Positions 33,509 to 45,300 of a stretch of DNA of 64,000 bases are shown here, piece after piece. Numbering within the stretch: the first letter of the stretch is position 1; the number at the start of each line of letters is the position of its first letter. The notes beneath the pieces are model-generated. The model saw only the letters and a program-made list of their open reading frames with translations, was not told the origin of the DNA and ran no database searches. Position numbers and translations under genes: made by a program. This DNA comes from Paramoeba atlantica (taxonomy: Eukaryota; Protista; Discosea), in contig CDRNVI010000164.1 in assembly GCA_977017575.1 (NCBI GenBank), positions 310,001 through 374,000 of the forward strand, read 5' to 3'.

Positions 33509-34909
33509 CTAATTTCGTTTTTTAATTAGACGGTGTTGTCTCTTTTCTTTAGAATGCTTGTCAGATCTTGTTTTTAGTGCTTGATAAGCAGAAGAATGAA
33601 GAAGCTTATCTTTCGTTTTTCGAGCTATTAAAACATTCATTGGTTGTGGGGAAACTCCCAAACGAATCTCTTCTTCAACACAACTTTGAAGACTGTCAAG
33701 CATTAAGCTGTTAAGATTCACTAAACTTGCACATTTCGCTTTCTTGGCTTCTAATTCATGAGAATATGGAAATTGAATCATTAATATCTTCCCCAAATGA
33801 TCTTTGACATCAACATTTGCCATAATCGTTCGGAAAGAGTTGCGATTGGAAGAATGAAAACGAGAAAAAGCAATCAAAACTGAAAATGAAGAAAAAGGAG
33901 TTCCAATGAAATCATCTGATCTCAATCCAAGTTCAAAATCTAATTGTCCTTTCACATCAGTGAATTGTTCTTCTGTTAAAATATTATCAGATCCATCTTT
34001 CAAAAGAAGAGTTTCTTTCGAATGTAACTTGTAAAATACATTTCCCCCACTACAACTCTCCAAAACATTCATCACTTTTCTAACATTTGAATCACCAAGT
34101 ACAAGAAGATGAACTATTCCATTGTGATGAAGACCACCACCACCAGATATTCTGTTGCTCACTAACTTGATCTCTTTCAACATCTCTTCACAATACTTTT
34201 GAGAAGTAAGAGTATGAACTGTTGATTTCACAAAATCTTCGTCCAAACGCCAATGTATCGCAATTGTCACGTTTTGTTTGGTCTCTTTCTTGAAAGAAGA
34301 AATAATCTTTGAAGCTCCAATCTTAAACTTATGAGCACTTTGGAAAGCATCATTCACACTCTTCAATAATCTTATTGACTCTTTCGTATTTGGAATCAAT
34401 TTTAAGCAACAATCAATTGGATTTTCCCCAAAAGAACAAACACTTGAGTTATCCAAGCATTCTTGAGCAAAATTTTGGTTTAGACGGCTCACATGAGAAG
34501 CAGCATTCGGCCAGAGTCTCGAAATGGTTCGAAAAGTTTGAGGAGTTGAGTTTGAGTCATATTCTTGTTTTTGTTCAACAACAGAAACACCAGCGTTCTT
34601 CAAAGTCTCAAGAGTTCGTTTCTCATCATACACATCCCAAAGAGAAGGTCCTCTCTCGAAAGTGGTGGAACACTTGATGCTGTAATGGCAATTCTTTCGG
34701 CTGTAAACGTGTGTTGGAAGTTCGACTGAAGCACCAAGAAGAGTGGCGAGAGTAATATCTTGAACGATTCTCATTCTTTGGTTATTTAATCCTTTCATGA
34801 GCATTGGAATGTGAATCACACCAGTACCAGAAGAAGAATGTGGGGAGAGTGAGATGAGGAACATCAAAACCACAAAACAGATTCGAATTAATCTCTTCAC
34901 ATCACACAT
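33509..34909 (-). CDS. O-fucosyltransferase-like (O-FucT, GT-B fold) type II membrane protein, copy 1, intronless
   Basis: N-terminal hydrophobic anchor; GLNNQRMRI, IAIHWRLDEDF and LDFELGLRSDDFIGTPFSSFS are typical O-FucT motifs. Confidence 0.8.
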   Translation of the reverse strand: MCDVKRLIRICFVVLMFLISLSPHSSSGTGVIHIPMLMKGLNNQRMRIVQDITLATLLGASVELPTHVYSRKNCHYSIKCSTTFERGPSLWDVYDEKRTLETLKNAGVSVVEQKQEYDSNSTPQTFRTISRLWPNAASHVSRLNQNFAQECLDNSSVCSFGENPIDCCLKLIPNTKESIRLLKSVNDAFQSAHKFKIGASKIISSFKKETKQNVTIAIHWRLDEDFVKSTVHTLTSQKYCEEMLKEIKLVSNRISGGGGLHHNGIVHLLVLGDSNVRKVMNVLESCSGGNVFYKLHSKETLLLKDGSDNILTEEQFTDVKGQLDFELGLRSDDFIGTPFSSFSVLIAFSRFHSSNRNSFRTIMANVDVKDHLGKILMIQFPYSHELEAKKAKCASLVNLNSLMLDSLQSCVEEEIRLGVSPQPMNVLIARKTKDKLLHSSAYQALKTRSDKHSKEKRQHRLIKKRN

Positions 34910-35236
34910 TGAAAAACCATTGCAAAAACAAAACAAAAACACAAAACAGAACGAGAGAAGAGAAAAGAAAAAACAAACAAACAGAAACCAAACAAATCAC
35001 AACAGAAAAACACAAAACACAAAACAGAAAACACAAAAAAGGGAGGGAGACACCAAAGAGGACACCTTTATTCGACTTGAAGAGCCTCCCAAGTTTCTTG
35101 TTCTCTCTCTTTCCAGAACGATGAAAACATTCCATTGAGAATTGAAATTCAAAAGGAATGGGGCTCTTTTTTCTCTCATTTTGAGGTTTTAATCAAAAGA
35201 ATTGACTTCGAGTCTCTTTTTACAATTTTTTTGAAA

Positions 35237-35720
35237 CTAACCAATCGCCCGTTTGATTGTTGTGAAATTAGTTGCAAAATTGCCATACTGTGAAAGCTTT
35301 TCATCACACCAATGACCCTCAAAATGGTCTTTAAACATTTTGCCACAAATTAGGCAGGAAACTCCAAAATGAACTCCATCACAAAAAGTATCACAATTGG
35401 TTTGATGGGCTAAAGAAAAATCCCCTCTGGCCTCAGTCTTTGGGCACCGATGATCGCTGTGATAAATATAAGATCTTCGACAAACAAGACAATTTCTTCC
35501 ATGATGATAATAACTTGTACAATGTGCATCACACACTTCATCTACATCAAACCAAAATTAACACAAGAAAATGGAAAGAAAGGGTAAGTAATCCCAAAAG
35601 AAAACCATTGGGTTTGAGGGGATCTTTCACTTTCTCACAATCCCACAGCATTATTGAATTCTTCCCATTTACTCCTTGTCCTTTGTGGTTCTGTTTTCAA
35701 ATGTTGAATGAATCTCTGTG
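35237..35720 (-). CDS. Small Cys/His tandem-repeat protein, copy 1 (upstream exon boundary approximate)
   Basis: The last exon holds two repeats of C-x3-C-x3/4-H-x-G-x2-C-x2-C-x6-H-xn-H-x-C-x6/7-G-x-F. The preceding exon QNHKGQGVNGKNSIMLWDCEKVKDPLKPN splices in frame. Confidence 0.65.
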
Positions 35721-36169
35721 TCTTTTGGATGAATGAAAAGAAGGGTGGAAATACCTGCGGAAACTCTTTGGGATCAAGATTTTCCTCAATCAGTTCCTCT
35801 GAGACCACTTTTTCTTGATGTTTTTGAAAAGGATTCTTTGGGAGAGCATTTCCCATTATCTTCTCCAACACAGAAAAGTCTCTTTTTCCCCAACCCGAAA
35901 AGTTTCTTTCTGTTCGTTCCGGTTCCGTGTTTTGAGAAATTTTGGGAACCAAGCAAGTTTTCACTGATTTGGAAACCCAAAGAATCTAATTTTAATTAAT
36001 TTTGAACAAACCAAACAAACAACAGAAAACAAACAACACAGAAAAACACAAAACACAAAAAAAGGGAGGGAGACACCAAAGAGGACACCAAACTGCAACT
36101 CTTCGGTTTTGTTTTGGTCGTTTTCTGTTGTTGGTCTCTTTGGTTTTCTCTTTTTGGTTGAGTCGAACA

Positions 36170-37354
36170 ATGACGAGAGTTCTGTTGGGAGCAACTTTGT
36201 TCCTAATCGTCCTTCTGTTTGATCCTTGTTCACAGAGAATCTTTCGTGTTCCTTTGCTTCGCAAAGGATTGAATAACCAAAGGATGAGGATCATTCAAGA
36301 TGTCACTATGGCAACTCTTCTTGGCGCAGCGGTTGAACTCCCAAAACACATCGCCTCTCGCAAGAACTGTGATTTTGGTGCTAAATGTGCGAGAGTATAC
36401 TTCTCAGATACTCCTTTTTGGGAACTTTTCGACCGGAAGATCACTACTGAGAAACTGGTTCAAATTGGTGTAATTTTACGAAATTCTTCGTCTGTTCATT
36501 CCGTCGAGACAGTAAGGAGCCAATGGCCAATTACCGCGAGCTCTTTACACATCTTGAATTCTTCACAGAGTTGCTCGGGTCATCTTTGTTCTTTTGGTCA
36601 AAGCGATTGTTGTATCAAGTTGATCCCAAACACCCCGATGGCGGTCCGTGTTCTGAAGAGTGTAAATCATGCTTTTGAAAGTGCACAGAGGTATCGGATT
36701 ATGGCTGCCAAAATAATTTCTGCTTTCAAGAAGGAGACTCAACAGGATTTTATCGTCGCTATGCATTGGCGTCTGGATGATGATTTCATTAAATCTGCCC
36801 ATGCCCTTTCTCCTCAGACTTATTGTGCCGAATTCCTCAGAGGAATGGGTCTTGCGAGAAATAGGACACTTCCAAGTGACTCAACTTCGAACCTTCACAT
36901 TCTAGTACTCGGTGAAAGCTCTGTCTCCAAAGTGGAGAAGATTTTGCGATCTTGTACTCCACCACAAATGAAGACCTTCTACACACTCCACTCAAAAGAT
37001 ACACTTCTGGACAAAAGTGAGTTTAATGTCCTCGAAGAAGTCAATACTGATTTGAAGGGACAGCTTGATTTTGAGCTGGGAGGAAAAGCAACCTTTTTTC
37101 TGGGAAGTCCATTTTCTTCGTTCTCAGTTTTGATAGCTTTTTATCGCTTTGGATCTCCCCACTACAAGCCACTCATGACCTTAATGGCAAATGTCGATGT
37201 AAAAGATCATTTAGGATCTCTTTTTTCTGCTGTATTTCCTTACTCACAAGTACTTGCTGACAATCCATACAAATGTTCAACGACTGCCAATGCCTTTGCT
37301 CCTTTCCACCGACCTCTTGGATCGTGTATTTTTGAGGAGAAAAAGAGATCCTAG
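36170..37354 (+). CDS. O-fucosyltransferase-like protein, copy 2, intronless
   Basis: GLNNQRMRII, VAMHWRLDDDF and QLDFELGGKATFFLGSPFSSFS; paralog of 33509-34909. Confidence 0.8.
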   Translation: MTRVLLGATLFLIVLLFDPCSQRIFRVPLLRKGLNNQRMRIIQDVTMATLLGAAVELPKHIASRKNCDFGAKCARVYFSDTPFWELFDRKITTEKLVQIGVILRNSSSVHSVETVRSQWPITASSLHILNSSQSCSGHLCSFGQSDCCIKLIPNTPMAVRVLKSVNHAFESAQRYRIMAAKIISAFKKETQQDFIVAMHWRLDDDFIKSAHALSPQTYCAEFLRGMGLARNRTLPSDSTSNLHILVLGESSVSKVEKILRSCTPPQMKTFYTLHSKDTLLDKSEFNVLEEVNTDLKGQLDFELGGKATFFLGSPFSSFSVLIAFYRFGSPHYKPLMTLMANVDVKDHLGSLFSAVFPYSQVLADNPYKCSTTANAFAPFHRPLGSCIFEEKKRS

Positions 37355-37667
37355 AGGTACCCCCAGGCATAGTCTGTGGAACTTCTCCGGGGGGTGATTA
37401 CTAAACACTTTTTTCTTTTGGATAGAATATTGACTACCACTGAGAGAAAAACTCTCCCCACATTCATAATCGTAAACCACAATATTTAATTTTTTTCTTG
37501 TCTTTCTAATCGAGGAAAAATAGTTTCTCTCTTTTCTTGTATTTGTCCAACACAAATGAGTTTGCCTGTGATTCTTCAGATCCTTTTACAAACTCATTTC
37601 AGGTTTTTCCTAAACATTCTGACACATATCTGCACAATATTCAAAAGACTCTTTTTACAATGAAATC

Positions 37668-38158
37668 CTAACGAACTGCCCGTTTGATTGTTGTGAAATG
37701 ATTAGTTCCAAAATGACCATACTGTGAAATCTTTTCGTCACACCAATGACCCTCAAAATGGTCTTCAAATATTTTGCCACAAATTCGACATGAAATTCCA
37801 AAATGAACTCCATCACAAAAAGTATCACAATTGGTTTGATGGGCCAAAGAAAAATTTGCTCTGGCAACGCTCCCTGCGCAATCATGGACTCGTGAACCAA
37901 AGTGATAACCAAAAGATCTTCGACAAACAAGACAATTTCTTCCTTTATGATACTTTTTACAACGTGCATTACACACCTGGTCTAAAACAATTGAAATTCA
38001 ACCAAAGTATGAATTGGAAATGAGAGAGTGAATTGTTCAAAAGAAAGAAAACCTTTGGGGGCGAGAGGATCATTCCCTTTCTCGTAGTCCCACATCATTG
38101 CTAAATTCTTCTTATTTACTCCAGATCCTTCGTGGTTCTGTTCCAAAAATTGAATCAT
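37668..38158 (-). CDS. Small Cys/His tandem-repeat protein, copy 2
   Basis: MIQFLEQNHEGSGVNKKNLAMMWDYEKGNDPLAPK|DQVCNARCKKYHKGRNCLVCRR... splices in frame; further upstream exons are possible. Confidence 0.68.
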
Positions 38159-38544
38159 TGGTGGCCTTGGATCGATGAAAGAAGGAAGAAAACCTGGGGG
38201 AACTCTGTGAGTTTGTACTCAGGTACAGGAGAAAGATCTTTCCTTCCAAGAACATTTCCCATCGTTTCAAGCAAAAGCTATCGACCAAATTTTGGGATCT
38301 GCTGGAGAAATGGCCTCTTTTTTCGACTTATTTTGAGAAAACCAAAGAGTTTGGGAAGGAATTATTGGAGACAAAAGGAAGGAAAGTCAAGGAAAAAAAG
38401 GGTTTCAACGAATAAGTGCTTTGGTTTTTCAAATTAAATTGGATAAGACACAAATTGGTTTGTTCAAACTTTGATTGTTTTACTCAAGAAAGAGCAAACA
38501 CTGTCCAATATTCAAAAGACTCTTTTTACAATGAAATAAATATC

Positions 38545-39040
38545 CTAACCAACTGCCCGTTTGATTGTTGTGAAATTAGTTCCAAAATGACCATACTGTG
38601 AAAGCTTTTCATCACACCAATGACCCTTAAAATGGTCTTCAAATATTTTGCCACAAATTCGACATGAAATTCCAAAATGAACTCCATCACAAAAAGTATC
38701 ACAATTGGTTTGATGGGCCAAAGAAAAATTTGCTCTGGCCTTGGTATTTAGGCAATCATGGATATGCGAACCGGTGTGGAAACCAAAAGATCTCCGACAA
38801 ACAAGACAGTTTCTTCCATGATGATACTTTTTACAACGTGCATTACACACCTGGTCTAAAACAATTGAAATTCAACCAAAGTATGAATCGGAAAAGAGAG
38901 AGCGAATTGTTCAAAAGAATGAAAACCTTTGGGAGCGAGAGGATCATTCCCTTCCACATAATCCCAGATCAGGTAGATGTTGTTTCTGTTTATTCCAGAT
39001 CCTTTGTGGTTCTGTTCCAAAAAGTTGAATCACTGGTGGC
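38545..39040 (-). CDS. Small Cys/His tandem-repeat protein, copy 3 (one-base insertion in the upstream exon)
   Basis: Part of a ~870-bp tandem duplication with copy 2; same repeat pattern. Confidence 0.62.
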
Positions 39041-39390
39041 CTTGGATCGATGAAAGAAGGAAGAAAACCTGGGGGAACTCTGTGAGTTTGTACTCAGGGA
39101 CAGGAGAAAGATCTTTCCTTCCAAGAACATTTCCCATCGTCTCAAGCAATACCTGTCGACCAAGTATCTGCCTGAGAAATGCCTCTTTTTCCTAATTATT
39201 TGAGAAAACCAAAGAGTTTGGGAAGGAATTGGAAAGAAAAGGAAAGAAAGTCAAGAAAAAAATTCAAGTGAAGTTTTTTTTTCGGAGGGCACTCAAAAAA
39301 TGGCTGTTGGGCGTCTGGGCGGTTTTTTAGCCTCCAATAAATAGTGCTCTAAAAAACGCAAGCCTTTTTTCGGTTGGTTTTGGGTTGGTG

Positions 39391-41380
39391 ATGGTTTGTT
39401 TGACAAGTTTTGTTTTTTGTCAGAAGTGTGTGGTGGGTGTTGAAACCCCAACCTGCCCTTGGTGCAAGAATAAGGAAACCAAGTCCTATTGCTTCAAAAG
39501 TGAACAGTTTTCTCGGTCAGACAACCGCAGTCGACATATGAAACGGTGTCCCAAAAAACCAGACAAGAATGAAACAGAAGAAGTCCAACGTGAGAAACTC
39601 CTCAGAGCCTTGGTGCAGGCATTTTCTTTGGGCTCAATTCTTGGAAAGGTTGTCAAACAGGGAGTTGTTGTTGAGACAAGTGAGGGAGAGAGAAGATATT
39701 TAGAATGGACAGATAATTCAGGTGGGATTGATCTCTTGTGGGTCAGCAAAGAGCCTCTGCTGGAACCAGGTTGGGCCACTTCTTCAATTCGAAAAAGAAA
39801 GAGAAAGAAGGTAGAGAATGATGATCTTGATGGGGATTTCTGGAATACCTCCACCAGAAGAGAGCCATTGAAAAGAGAGGTCCTCTTTCCCCAGAAGGAA
39901 CAACTCCATGAGGATGGTGAGATTCTTTCTCTTCAAGCCAAGGTTTCAGATTTTTTTCTCTCTTAAACACAACAATAAAACTAAATTGAATATTCAAAAT
40001 AGATCACTGCTTTGGAAGTACAAGTAAGAGAAACAAACAAATTTCGAGAAAAAGTGGGACAATTTTGTTCAAACATTGTCTCTGAGACTTCACATCTTCC
40101 AGAAGTAAGAAACTTGCTCGTAAAAAGGATAAGCAATGAGCTTCCAGAATTTTGTAATCAAAAAACTCTGGGGATTTCATCCAAAATTATCCGAATTGCA
40201 AAGAGGACAGCTGAACAAGAAATCTCTTCAGCAAGAAGGGTAATGAAGCTGGCTGCTTACAAGGAGATATTAATGGATTATTTCAACGAAATTCTTCCTG
40301 TGAAATCAGGTCAGAAAGATCGACTCCAATATTTTACTGACAAAGAACTTTTTTTTAAAATCCAGCAATTTTTGCTTGAGAATCACCAACTTCAAGTCAG
40401 TCGAACATCGATCCGAAAATTTGTGAAGAAAGAAACGAAAAGGAGTCACGTTTCAAAATGTGATTCTTGTCCATATTGTCATCAACTCAGGTTTAGTCCT
40501 GAACAGCTTTCTGAACATCAAAAAATAGGTTATGAAAACCACAAGAAGATTGCACAGGATCAACAAGATTTCAAATGGTACATTCTCCAAGCTCTGAAAG
40601 ATGATTCAATTCCCAATGGTGTTGTTGTGACGATGGACTTTTCAAAGTTTGAGTGTTCAGCAAAGTGTGAATCACTGGAGTGTCATATTCTTGTTTTGAG
40701 GTACGGAAAAACACTTGCAGAAAAGGTGGAACACCAAACTGGTGTCAGTAAGATGATTAATGGTTTACACCGAGCTTACATCAACATTTTTGCTGAATCA
40801 AGTCGCGACAAACATGACCCTGACTTTGTCTTTTTGTCATGGGATCTTTGGATTAGCTTTTCTGGCACGGATGTTGCAGCCCATCATGAGACCTCCAAGG
40901 ACAAATAAGTTTCCGCAGATATCATTCCATTTTCATGCTTCTCACCATGGTTCAGACATTTGTGACTGTATTGCAGCAATTGACAAGAAAGCAGTAAAGA
41001 GGTATACTCTTGGAAACACAAAGTGGGTTCTTAATGGACAAGATTTTGTCGACTCTGTTGCTCCACTTTCTGGGAATTTTTATAGTGATTGGATTACCAA
41101 AGAATCTGATGCATCAATCAAAGCAAAGAATTCAATTAAAGGAATCAGGTCTTTTCACTGCTTTGAAATTAATGTTTTCAATATACAGAAAGATCCCAAC
41201 TCTGAAGAGTTCTTTGATATCAAGAGAACTGATGGCGACCTCAAGATCACCGCCTGGCGACGAAGTTTCGACAGATGGGATATTAGCAAGACACCTTCAG
41301 GAAGGTGGAGGAATAAAGGAAAGTGGTTACAACCAGTCCAACCACATTGGTTTCAACTCTCTTCTTTTCTCCAATTTTAA
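39391..41380 (+). pseudogene. Sola2-like DDD transposase, one intron (39943-40002), frameshifted near 40900
   Basis: N-terminal CPWC...RSRHMKRC finger; CDSCPYC; VVVTMDFSK (D); FHASHHGSDICDCIAAIDKKAVKR (resembles Sola2 FxxSHGKxxCDG); IKGIRSFHCF. The middle-Asp region looks shortened. Confidence 0.68.
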
Positions 41381-41773
41381 AAGGTTCATCTTCTTTATTT
41401 TTTCGATATTTTCTTTTGATTTTTTCTCACCCAAACGTCGCAGCGATGGTGTCCCTTTGGTGTCTTTTAAGGGGCGTTTTTGATTTTTTTTGTTGGAACT
41501 CCATTGTTTCTTTTCAGTAAATCTTTTTCAAATCCATTTCTTTTTTTGAACTTGTCAAGAGAGGGTGTTTGGGAACCATAATCTCAAAGGAATTTCTTAT
41601 CGGAAATGAAGCGAACGAGAACGAGAAAAAAAGTGCCCTGTCAAAAAAAAACCTCACAACGAAAAGGAAACAAAAGGAAACAAACCACAATTATCTCTAA
41701 ATTAGGAATACGTAGGTTTTCACTGCTCTATTTTTTGCGACAAACTTTTTGGAGGAAAGAAAAAAAGCAAGAG

Positions 41774-42276
41774 ATGGCAGAAAGAGAGAAGAGACTTCCT
41801 CGTTGTGTCTCTCATGAAGTCAACTATCAACAAAAGTGGTCTGAAGAAAAGGAGACAAAGGAGAAATTGAAGAACAAATTATGCTCGTTTCTCAATATCG
41901 CCCACCAATTGACGCTGAATCATTGGAGTTTTGTGCTGGATTGGTGGATAAAGGAGAGACGGCGGAAGAAGCTGCTCTTCGAGAATTGAAAGAAGAGACT
42001 GGTTATGTTGGAACAATTCGTTCAGTTTTACCCAAGTGTTCTTATGAGCCTGGTCTTTTGAGTGAATTCACCATTTTTGTCACTGTTGATATTGATTTGG
42101 AGGAAAACCAAAAACCACAACAAGAACTTGATGAAGGAGAATTTGTTAAACCTTTGTTCTTTTCGAAGAAGAATTTTTTCCAAGAGGTTCTTCAGTATCA
42201 GAAAAAGACAGGTTGTGTTCTTGATAAGGGAGTTCTTTCTTTTGCGATTGGACTCAGTCAATCTTCCTCATCATAA
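41774..42276 (+). pseudogene. Nudix hydrolase, NUDT5 (ADP-ribose pyrophosphatase)-like, apparently internally deleted and frameshifted
   Basis: LVSQYRPPIDAESLEFCAGLVDKGETAEEAALRELKEETGY contains the Nudix box. The start MAEREKRLPRCVSHEVNYQQKW is in another frame and the expected intervening segment is absent. Confidence 0.7.
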
Positions 42277-42378
42277 AAAAAAATTAAATAAAAAAATTCA
42301 AGATTTTAAAAATAATAAATTTATTTCTTTTGAAATGAATAATACAAAATAATAATGATGATAAAAGAGAAAGAATCT

Positions 42379-45300
42379 TTAACCCCTTTCTCTCGAGACT
42401 GTGTTTGTCATTGAGGAAGAAAACATTTTCCAAACACCCAAAACTTCAATTGGAAGAATTGAACCACAAAGCCAAATCAAGGGAGCCAACTCTGTCGCCC
42501 ACAAAACAATCACAAAATAGACGGTTGGACTGTCAACAATGTAATAAATCAGAAAAGCAATACAATTTAAAAGTAAGCAGATGGAGGTTGCGAGAAGCTT
42601 TCGAAACCATTTTCCGATTTTTGAAGAGTTTCCTTTCTTCCAAAAATAACCCAAAATAGCAAGAACAATCCCCGCAAAAGCCAAGACAACAGACTTGTAA
42701 ACAATTCGAATGATTTCCACAGATTCATCCGCATCGGTGGTCTCGCAAACCCGATTATCACAAGAACAATTCAAATCCCCAGAGGAATCAGAAGTGGCAA
42801 GAACTGCAATAACAATTCCAAACGAGAGCCACACAACCAAAAGACAACAAAAGATTGTTTTCCAAACACGAGATTGAGGCAAACCGGAGTTTCCAGACTG
42901 AAAAGTGTAATAAAATGTCACAAGAATTTGGACAAAGACTCCAAGATAAAAGAAAGTGGGAAGCTCAATCAAAATGTAATCAACGATATCATCATCCGCT
43001 GGAAGAACAAGAGTCCCAACAAGAAAGAAATAAATCCCACGAACAACAAACAACATCGAAGTTTGGAAAAGAAGGCACAATAACGCGATTGTGGGATTGT
43101 ATTTGAAATGAAGAAACATAAAACAAACAACTAAGACAAAACCCACTGAAAAGAGAGATCCAGAAAGAAATAAGAAAACTTCTTCCACCCGTGACAATCC
43201 ATTATCACCATTCGGATCCTCTATTCGAGCAATCAAAGCAAAAGATATCGATGAATTTTCACTCTGAATAACAATGTCCGAACCACAAAGAAAAGTAGGA
43301 CTATTGTCCTCCTTCCCTTGTACAATTTGATCCAACAAAAGAGGCCGAAACTTATTTGGCGAAACCATCACACCAAAGTCCAATATCCCGTATTTTTCCG
43401 GTTCTTGCCCAGAAAACCTTTTCCGAATACAAAATTGATCAATATAAACTGTCTCTCGTACATTGGCGAGAGAAAGATCAACAATATCACTCAAAACTTC
43501 ACCAACCACAATTCCATCCCGATTATAAACTTGAGCATAGGAATTTCTCACTTCATTTTTCGCCACAAAACTTAATGCCAAAGATTTTGTGATCAGAGAC
43601 AAACGTAAATTCGTTACAAAAACTTCCATTGTCACACAAACAATCTGTTGCACCCCCGTCTCAGTCATACTTAAAAGGGCGTGTGTTGTGGTAAGCGAAA
43701 CATTCTCGCTTTGGCAAAGGATTTGCGTTTGTAGTAAAGTTGTGTCTGGTGGATCATGTGTTGCACAAGAAGAAGGATTTTCTGCCTCTGCTTTTCTTTC
43801 AAGAGAGGTCCCTGCTGTAATATTGAGAGTTGGGCAATGACATGAGGTGAATCGGAGAGGGCTTGTTGAAGTTCCACAAATAGCCTAAAAAGAAATTAAG
43901 ATTTCAATTCATTTGAAAAAAATAAAAATAAACAAGAGGGAAAAAAGAGAGTGAGAGAAAATGCCCAAAATGACCTGGTTGGCAACAAAAGTCGTCCATG
44001 ATAAAGAAGAAGATAACTTGGCAAACTTATTTGCCAATTCAAAGTCGATAAAAGCTCCTGATTGACTGGCGGAGACCATTTGTTCTTCGACCCAATGTGT
44101 TGGGAGGAGCTTTCCCCTTGCCCATTCAGCACTCCTCCAATTGTAGAGGGGTATTAGTTCACCTGATGAGGAGAACAAAATGAATCATCTCACAAAATTT
44201 TGGGTTTCAAAAAAAAAAAAAGAAAATATCCAAACCTTTTTCAGAATCACATTCCTCTTTCGTACTCACAATCATGGTTCCCCGCTCTTGAGACAATTTT
44301 GATAAACAACCAAAACCATGTGCCTCACAATCTTCACGTGTAAAAGTTTTGTTGATAATCTGGGCTTTAGCTGCAATACATTCCGAGATCTCAATAATAT
44401 CAGGATGCAAGCATCTATGAAAAGAAAAAAAAGTTAAAAAGAATACCAACACCAACAAAAAACACATTAATGAATCTCAAACAATAACTTAAAAATGGTG
44501 ATAAAGAAACAAAGAAAATAAAAAACCCAAATGGGGTGGGAGTCGACCAAGAAGGACAGACAACCTTCCTGTTAACGGTTGCCAAGAATGGCACAACACA
44601 ACTCCACGAATTATGGTGGTTGAAATAGAGATCATCATCACACCACCCAACAACACCATTTTCACATTCACTCTTCGAGCATGGCTCAAAATAACTCTCA
44701 ACACACCCAAGAAAATTTTGGATTCCTTTTCTTTCAAAAGAACATTGCTCTTCAACTGAAGTGTCATCACAAGAAGCAAAAATGAGTCCTCTTCGTGCAC
44801 ACTCTTGCTGAGAATTAAACGAGGGGAATAAGCAAATTTGGTTCTCCCATTTCCCTCTAGCAAGAAAACACTCATGATCGCTCTCAACTTCTTTGAAACA
44901 AACGGAAGACCGTGAAATAACACGAGGCACACATTTTGAGTCATCCGACTTACAGTAACCGGTACAAAAACCATTCTCTCCACACTCATCTTCTGCCATA
45001 GTACTGGCTGGTAGGATATCACCCTGCGGTGTCACACAAACATTTTCCGACCCACAACTTTCTTCTTCAATCTCGACAGGGTGATAAAAAGTTTCGTCTC
45101 CCCATTCTTTCTTCACAACCCCACAAAAATATTCTCCTCCGAGAGTGTCACAACGAAGTCCACAATACCCATCAGAGAAATCACGGCAGTTGTCTCGATT
45201 ACAGCGCAAGGTATCACATCCGTCCTCCAGTTTCATAAAGTAAGGGAAATACTCGTTCCCATAAAAAAGTGTTGACTCACACTGAATTGGGAGATTACAA

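Noticed and set aside
39286-41639. AGGGCACT / AGTGCCCT 8-bp inverted pair as TIRs of the Sola2-like element
   Set aside because: It is too short, diverges immediately on both sides and has no supporting TSD.
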